Of a stretch of DNA of 16,513 nt, positions 9,613-16,513 are shown piece by piece; position 1 is the stretch's first letter; each line of letters starts with the position of its first letter. A program made the translations under genes and the position numbers. The stretch lies in NCBI GenBank assembly GCA_024626585.2, contig JANKJI020000002.1, forward strand, positions 201,509,468 through 201,525,980. The letters run 5' to 3'. The notes beneath the pieces are model-generated. The model searched no databases and was not told where the DNA came from. It was given only the letters and a program-made list of their open reading frames with translations. The stretch is from Ginkgo biloba. Its lineage: Eukaryota > Plantae > Ginkgophyta.

Positions 9613-12279
9613 GTAAGTTTCCTCTAGTCATTTACTTTAGAATTGGTTTTGCACATTTTGCATGATATCATGTAATGAGTACTTGGTTGTGAAATTCAGT
9701 TTCTTGATTGCTTTTGGATCCTTGTAAAAATTCATATGAAAACTTGAAGAGTTCAGTTGCAACATTATGTTGCATCGAGAACTTACAATTCATTTCATGG
9801 TAATATTTAATTGTCTGTATTAAAACTATTGTTACAAGTTATTATCTTATCAGATGTTAAGCTATTCTTTCACTAGAATAATTGAAACTTGATATGCATA
9901 CTTATTCAGTCACTCCTTTTGATTTTCTGTGTGTGAAAGAAAACTTGGACCCATAGGTATTTGACAAACGACATGCAAGGTTGATTATAGTAATAAATCA
10001 TGTAATGTGGTCCGAGTTGTCTCACAAATTTAATGGCATTTCTCTGAGAAATATTTGGAGTGAACCCAATTTTTGCTTTGCTTTTATTCTGTACTGCACT
10101 TGGTAAAAGTGCATTATTTGGCTTTAAAACCAGGAAAACAGCAGATTGTGACCCAATCAATATGCACAAGAGTCCATGCAAACCAGCTTTAGCAATTATA
10201 ATTTGGCAGTCGCATAACCTCAACAGTCCAACATAGCAGCAATGATGAATGAGACATGATAATGAGGTCAGAGTACTAAATACCTGAGATACTAACAGTT
10301 CTGCCTATAACATAAGTTCATCCAACAGTGAACAAACCAACTCCTTCAAAGAAAAACATGACAGAGAGCTGCCCAAATTAGGGTAAAATCTCCAAATGGC
10401 ATAAGCCAAAAAATGAGATGAATTCCAAAAACAATGTCTGTACATAATGTAGGTTATACTTGTAAGCATCTCCCAAGGGTGAACTAGGGTAATGTTGACT
10501 AACAATGTCTCCAAAGATTGGTTTAGAGTAACTACATTAGCAATAGAAACCAATGCTAACCACCTTAATAACAACTAACTATGCTTACCCAAGGAAACCA
10601 GTATTAACCAATAATAAGGTAAGCACACATAATAATGGAAGAGAATTGTACACATAAGTACACATTATAAGTTAACTACAACACACATAATAATAATAAG
10701 GTAAGTACAATAGGTTTGTTCCATACATGCAAAATCAAAGAGCAAAGTCAATCACATGACAAGTTCAAGTGGAGGAATGTAAGGTGTAGATTCAAAAAAA
10801 AATTACCATTGCAAGGGCAGCAAAAAAATCAGTTAACGAGTAGGGTGCAACGTGTGTTGTTCAACAGGACAGCATAGAATTATTTTATTGTAACAATGTT
10901 AACTTGAAAGTTTGAAACACTAAAGGTGAGCGGATTTAATCTGTAAAAGACACCTAGGTACCACCTCTAACCCTTCCCAACCCTGTATAATCATTTTTCC
11001 ATCAAGTTGCAAATGCATTTGTTGGGATATGAATGCTACTTTGGTGAGAAGCACACACGACTAGCCGTTAAGCCAAAGGCCCAAGCACGTGTTCAGTTAG
11101 TTGAAAGAATACTGTGCTTAGAACCTGACAAAAAATTACTCGAAAGAAAATTGCAATTGTTCAGAAACTTAGAATGTGAAAAGATGGTTTTTCACATCCC
11201 ACTAACTTGGCATGATATGTTTTTATTTTAAGAACTTTTCAAATCAGATTATCAGGTAGTCTAGAGTCCGTGTGTAAATATGGTCTATGAACCAACACCC
11301 ATAGACTTGACAAATTATAAATTAGGATGAATCAAAGTTGTAGGTCCAAAATTAGTTCATGGAATGTTAGGAAATAGTCTATGGCTTAAAATATTGTGGA
11401 CATAGCTAAAATATAAATTATGTTTAATCAAGACCTAACATCTCCTAGGAGGCCTCGCCTAATCCAGATACACTTCAGACCCCATAGGCAAAATTCCTAC
11501 CACCCTAGCTAATTAATACAAAAAGGTAGAATAAGGTGTGTGAGGTGGCAGTGGACTTATGGTGAGTCATGGTGAATAATAATGACATATTTTGCAGTTG
11601 AACATTTAGTGCTTTTAAAATAGAAAAAGAATATGTTATGGGGGTGATAGTACACTCATGACCCATTATGGTGGATAATGGTAGCCCATCTTATAGTGAC
11701 CTAGAGCAGAGGTCTCACCAAGTGTAGAGATATCTAAAACCTCCCTGGCCTACTTCAAAGGCAGACATAGTCCTTCAATAAAGGGGTAAAATAAGAGGTC
11801 ATGGGTGATAAATCGCTCATAATGAGAAGCGATATATGGAAATGGTCTATCTATCTTGGTGATAATGCACCCCTTATATAAATTCCTCATTCACATTCTA
11901 AGATTTTGGAGAGATAGGTGACATACAAGGTAACTTTCACTAAAAATAAGGAGTAGTAATGGATAGTGATAAGGGGGAAATCCTCTAACAAGGGGATTTT
12001 ATAAATAGGAAAATGAATTTAGGAAGGGGGTTTATAAATGCGAGGACCATTTTGAGTGGCAATTATTTTTTATTTNNNNNNNNNNNNNNNNNNNNNNNNN
12101 NNNNNNNNNNNNNNNNNNNNNNNNNNNNNNNNNNNNNNNNNNNNNNNNNNNNNNNNNNNNNNNNNNNNNNNNNNNCAACCGTTGGTGAGAGCAACGATCG
12201 AGCTGTCAGGACTTAGTGGCGACACGTTGGCATGCTAACCTTGCTACAGTAAACGTACCAGAAGTAGTCAATAGGGATC

Positions 12280-13169
12280 TGATTCTCCTTTTTTTTCTCC
12301 CTTCCACAACTTCCTAGTTCTCAATTCCACGATCCAGACTTGTATTACTTGTCTCTCTTTTCAATGACTTTTTTTTATCCTACAGGTTGTTTGTTCTCTG
12401 TGTACTATACTGGATGAGCCTCCCCTTCTAGCGTCATCCTTGGTTTATCTTCATACAACCTTGTTAGAATTGGCTACCTTAGGCACCCATGTCATACATT
12501 CTATTTGTGTTTGTCTGTGTGACTCACTATTTCTTGTTTGCCTTTCTCAGTGTCCTTGTCCAATGCTATGTTTTACTTACCCCAATCAACCCACGTTTCC
12601 TCCTCCCTCTTCCTATTTCCCATCCCTTTTGTTTCCTTGTCCCAAAGAGCAGGACACTGGCCTATTCTATGGCTGGTGTTGAGGCATAGAATCCATTGAG
12701 ATGGCATCCTCTCATAGTCTAGTATCTGTACATATTTTGACTCTCCCTATGGTAGAGTGATAGTTTCTTTGAGTTCCTTGTTTATGTCCATCTATGCACA
12801 TATATTTGTAGCTCCAAAGGTGTTACCTTTTAGATTGTCTTCATCGAATGGCACCAATACCTCCAAGACGGATCTAGTCTCCCTCAATTTGTCCTCATCT
12901 CTATATTCATCCAGAAGAATGGGAGACAAACCCATACTAGCCTTCGAATTGGTGCTAGCTTTAATGGATTAAAATGAGGATACCAAGTTTGAAGGGACAG
13001 ACTGTGTCTTGGTAGAACTAGGGCCCTTCCATCTTGATCTTTGTGCTGTCTTCTGCTGTCGCAAAATGGATTGCGAAGGATCCCCTCCCTTTTGCTTTCA
13101 TCCTGCAGTTTCCAAGTTGTAGATGTACGCATCCCTTGGTTGCCTACTGCACTAGTCACTGCATAGGTA
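12280..13169 (-). pseudogene. Decayed LINE ORF1 remnant (DUF4283-type region plus CX2CX4HX4C zinc knuckle) of an older LINE
   Basis: Minus-strand frames give GRGSFAIHFATAEDSTKIKMEGP*FY, then SLSLQTWYPHFNPLKLAPIRRLVWVCLP, then YVQILDYERMPSQWILCLNTSHRIGQCP (ending ~12651). This matches the plant L1 ORF1 pattern GPW...WxPxFxP...VWVRLP...LDYE.P..C..C....H....CP. An A/G-rich low-complexity tail follows; the left boundary is approximate. Confidence 0.8.
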
Positions 13170-16100
13170 TTTTTTATTTTTTTTGAGAAATACATCCTAT
13201 ATTACATAAACATATTTACAAAGCATATAATACAACAAGGAAGGGTATAAGCAACAAGCGTTATATCCTCTTCCGAAGTGCAGTCAAGACTGACATTACA
13301 TATAAGTACGCTTTAGGCTCAAGAGATCGTGCAAACTTGATCAGACTCGTGCTTTTAGCTAGGAGTTGGTGACGTGTCTCATCATGCCACATAGCACAAA
13401 AGGCAGACAGAGTGCTCTCATTGTGGTCAAAAACTGACTTGCATCTAATCTTCTAGATGGTGAAAAGGGCCGAGACCCTCAAACAGTGCTAGATCCTTCT
13501 CAAAGCCTCTCGAACCAAAGTGCAACAGTCTCCAAGGAGAGCAACCCTCCAGTGAATTTTCCCTTGGAACAAGTCAGAATGATGATTCTGGATGTATTCC
13601 CAATAGGATTTTGCAAATTTACACTCCCAAAAAATATGTTTCACTATCTCTAGGAAAGAACAAGTTGTACAGAATCCATCAGAAAGCCCACTTCTGACCA
13701 GCCAAGCTTTAGAGGGAATTCCTTGGTACACCACTAGCCATGCAAAGACCTTTAGTTTATAAGAGACTGGGATGAACCAAATATTGTGCAGTCTATGGAT
13801 CCACCTAGTCTCCTGATCTGCTGAAGACCATCTCACATTGAGAATAGTAGAAAATTGATGCTTGTGATGAAGGACTCAGTAGAGTCTCTTAGTTTCATAG
13901 TGTAAGATTAGTTTTTTGAAACTCCAACTCCAATCTCTCCAGAGGGGTCCGGGCATCCCGATGTTCATTTTGAAGAGGTCAGCCTGAGGGATGAGCTCCT
14001 CAAGCTCTGTGATGGCCAATCGATCAACCCCTAGGAGACCATACTCATGGGCTAGTTTTCGCCAGTCTTTCCAGGTTCTTGCAATATGCTCCCACAAATC
14101 TCCCCAACAAAAAATACCTTTCTTGCTTAGCCTTCGTGCCAGAAAATGAGGCATCTCTGAAATGCATTTTCCCTAAATCCTCCAAGTCTAGAATGGGCGA
14201 CATGCCAAATCCCAACTAGCCCTAGGACCTTCCCAATTCCAACGCAGCAGACTAGCTAAGGATTTCCAAGCCCCCTAGATTCTCTTGAAAATGAGGGAGC
14301 CTGAGACTTGGAAGAACTCAGGGGAAGCAATGATGTCACATAGGCCAAAAGACCCACAAACTCTGTCAACATGATGAGTAGACAATATCCTGTGTCTGAG
14401 AAGAATCTACCACGGGGCTGAGCCTATTACACATCTAATCACCCACTTGGCTGTCAGGATGTTTCCTTGGGTGACAACATCAATCAAGCCGAGGCCTCCC
14501 TCCTCCTTAGGCATAATGCACACCTTCCAAGAAACCAAAGGAAGCCCTCTCTCTCCACCATATTTCATCCACAGGTAGGCTCTTAAGATCTGTTCAAGCC
14601 TTTGAATCTGGGTCTTGCTCGAAAACCAGCAAGAAACATAGTACACATGAGAGGCTTGGAGGATTCTTCCCACCACAGTCAATTTCCCGGCCAAGGGAAG
14701 ATCTTTGTGATACTAGACATGAAGTTTATTCTGGAGTCTCTGAAGGCACCAGTCCCACATTGCTGTTGATGAAAGCCCCACCCCAAATGGGATACCCAGA
14801 TATCTCACGATCATCCCAGGATAGATGTGAGTCCAAGCTTCAGGAACCCATTCCAGGGGAGAGTCTAAACCAACCAACCAATACTCAGTTTTTTGATTAC
14901 TGACTATAGAGCCTGAGGCTGCACAAAATGTCTCTAAGCAGGCCATAGTTCCCTCAACTGATCCTTTCTCCACACTGACTGAAAGGAGTGAATCATCTGC
15001 AAAATGATTGTTAACCATTTCTGACCCATCAGGGAGTTGAATACCCCAGACTTGTCCCTGACTGTGTGTTGCTTAAGCAAATAACCCAAGGCATCTACTA
15101 TGAGGACATATAGATAAGGGGCCAAGGGGCAGCCCTGCTGGATGGAGTAGTGCAGGGGGATCCAAGGGGTCAAAACATTGTTGACTAAAACTATTGCTGA
15201 AGCATTGGTGAAGAGGGTGTTCACCATATTTACACATCTTGGACCAAAACCCAAGCAAGTCATCATCTCCAAAATGAAGGACCAGTCTATTCGGTCATAA
15301 GCTTTATCAAATTCTATCTTTAAGAAAAGAGCTTGTTGATTCGTTTCCCGGGCCCACTCCAGAGCTTCCCAAGCTGAAATTACTGTGTCGAGAATGAACC
15401 GACCCTGAACAAACCCTGTCTGCTCCTGCCTCACTATAGATCGAGCCACCCTGGAAATCCTAAAAGCCACTGCCTTGGCCATGATTTTGTAAGCCACGCT
15501 GAGAAGCGTGATGGGCCTCCAACCTCCAATTGTGTCTCTCACTGCATTCTTGGGGATGAGTTTGATAAGACCCTGGTTGAGTGAATCAGACAATCTCCTT
15601 GAGGAAAATACCTCTGAAGTCAGACAGCAGAAGTCATCCCCGATTGTATCCCACATAGCCTTGTAGAACTCGCAAGGGAGTCCGTCCATGCCTGGCGACT
15701 TACTATTCTGCATAGAGTTGAGGGCTGCATATAATTCATCCTTGGTAATCTCTCCCTCAAGCTTATCCCGCTCACCTACAGAGACCTTCCGAGGGATCAC
15801 TTTGCAACAAGCATTTCTGGCGATCACCACTTGTTCTGTCTGATCATTAGGAGAGAAAATGCTGTGGAAATGCTGCCAAAACATTTCCTTGATCTCTGAA
15901 GAATCCTCTGCTAGGGATCCATCTAATCTTCGCAAGCCCAGTACCCTGTCTGCCGTCGTCTTTTTCTTCAAGAAATTGAAGAAAAATTTGGACCCTTCAT
16001 CCCCTTCCTTCAACCATTGAAGTCTGGCACGGATCCTAGCTCCTTTGGCAATGTATTTTTCCCTTCTACGGATGGTATCTACCAAATTTGTTGCTTCCTT

Positions 16101-16513
16101 TTGCAACCCTTCATTATAAAGGTCTTCTTCAAGAAAGGTGCGAACTTCTTCGAACTCGCACCGAGTATCACTGAGCTCTTTCCTTCTTCTCCGGGCAATC
16201 ATCCGGCCCCAGCCTCTTATGAATTTCACTGTGCGGCAAACTGCAGCCTCCCACCAGAGAATCCACCCTTGGGGGCCTATTGGTTTAGGAATGAGGTTCC
16301 ATATCCTTTGAACCAATAATCGAAAATCCTTTGACTCTAAATGGGAAACATTCAACTTGAACAAGGAGGAGGGGACGGAATCCACATGGTTCCCAACTGT
16401 GAGCTTGGTGTGAATAGGTAGATGATCAGAACCAGTGATATCTAATAGCACATCCACTAGTCGAAGAATACCTGTAAAAGTAACGTCCTCCCTGGGACCA
16501 TAAAACCGGTCTA
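13170..16513 (-). mobile_element. L1-clade LINE (non-LTR retrotransposon), 3' portion; the 5' end lies outside the window
   Basis: ORF2 remnants on the - strand, a ~75-nt 3' UTR (13260-13185), and an A-rich tail seen as a T tract at 13170-13184 on the + strand. Confidence 0.95.
13261..16513 (-). pseudogene. Disrupted LINE ORF2 (APE endonuclease C-terminus, reverse transcriptase, zf-RVT)
   Basis: Motifs in order: DRFY...SDHLPI (APE end), GDEGSKFFF, KSPGMDG, WRPITLL, EQTGFVQGR, KIEFDKAYDRIDW, QGCPLAPYLY, HFADD, RYLGIP, PKEEGGLG, CTTC...HIFWEC, I*KIRCKSVF, and a natural-looking TAA at 13263-13261. Frameshifts near 15074 and 14160-14220. Premature stops at 14713, 14407, 14275, 13876, 13489 and 13453. 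Confidence 0.95.

Larger units (their letters stand above)
1336..12175. other. Assembly gaps (N runs): 1336-2169, 2383-2433, 2874-2932, 4059-4158, 5375-5407, 6601-7538, 8356-8365, 8619-8718, 12076-12175
   Basis: Seen directly. Three runs are exactly 100 N, the usual placeholder for gaps of unknown size. Confidence 0.9.

Noticed and set aside
10610-10706. Two AAG|GTAAG donor-consensus sites within short aataataaggtaag repeats
   Set aside because: A-rich context without a polypyrimidine tract or plausible upstream exon; likely decoys in a simple repeat.
12203-12232. TGGCGACACG resembling an Arg-type PBS, with TATAAAT motifs near 12000 and 12033
   Set aside because: Not directly adjacent to an LTR-terminal CA, and separated from the TATA motifs by a gap; no LTR partner found.
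15073-16319. + strand ORFs 15073-15258 and 16017-16319
   Set aside because: Antisense shadows of LINE ORF2.
1-16513. Prokaryotic-type systems (CRISPR array, retron/DGR RT, defence island), tRNA or rRNA genes
   Set aside because: The RT is APE-linked LINE type, no regularly spaced repeat array exists, and the tRNA-complementary 12-mers are retrotransposon PBSs rather than tRNA genes.

Overview
Eukaryotic, AT-rich, gapped draft-assembly sequence from a land plant with very large, TE-filled introns. A gymnosperm- or fern-like genome is my inference; it is not provable here. The only host coding sequence I can find is one 210-bp, AG/GT-bounded exon (9403-9612, +) of a MYST-family histone acetyltransferase (HAM1/HAM2-like). 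The ORF track missed it. No neighbouring exon is visible, so most or all of the rest looks intronic. The identifiable remainder is retroelement debris: (i) a degenerate + strand LTR element (LTR end and Met-i PBS at 1-138) interrupted by (ii) an old, short-LTR Ty3/gypsy element on the - strand (817-4419; LTR pair, PBS, PPT, near-perfect 5-bp TSD); (iii) an LTR-end/PBS remnant at 8719-8850; (iv) a decayed LINE ORF1 (12280-13169, -), directly abutted by (v) a younger L1-clade LINE (13170 to beyond 16513, -) with a disrupted ORF2 and poly(A) tail. I found no clearly novel biological system. The most interesting testable leads are the isolated exon in giant introns, a candidate in-frame cryptic terminal exon derived from antisense LINE sequence, the nested insertions, and a CHG-deamination signature in the nonsense mutations.
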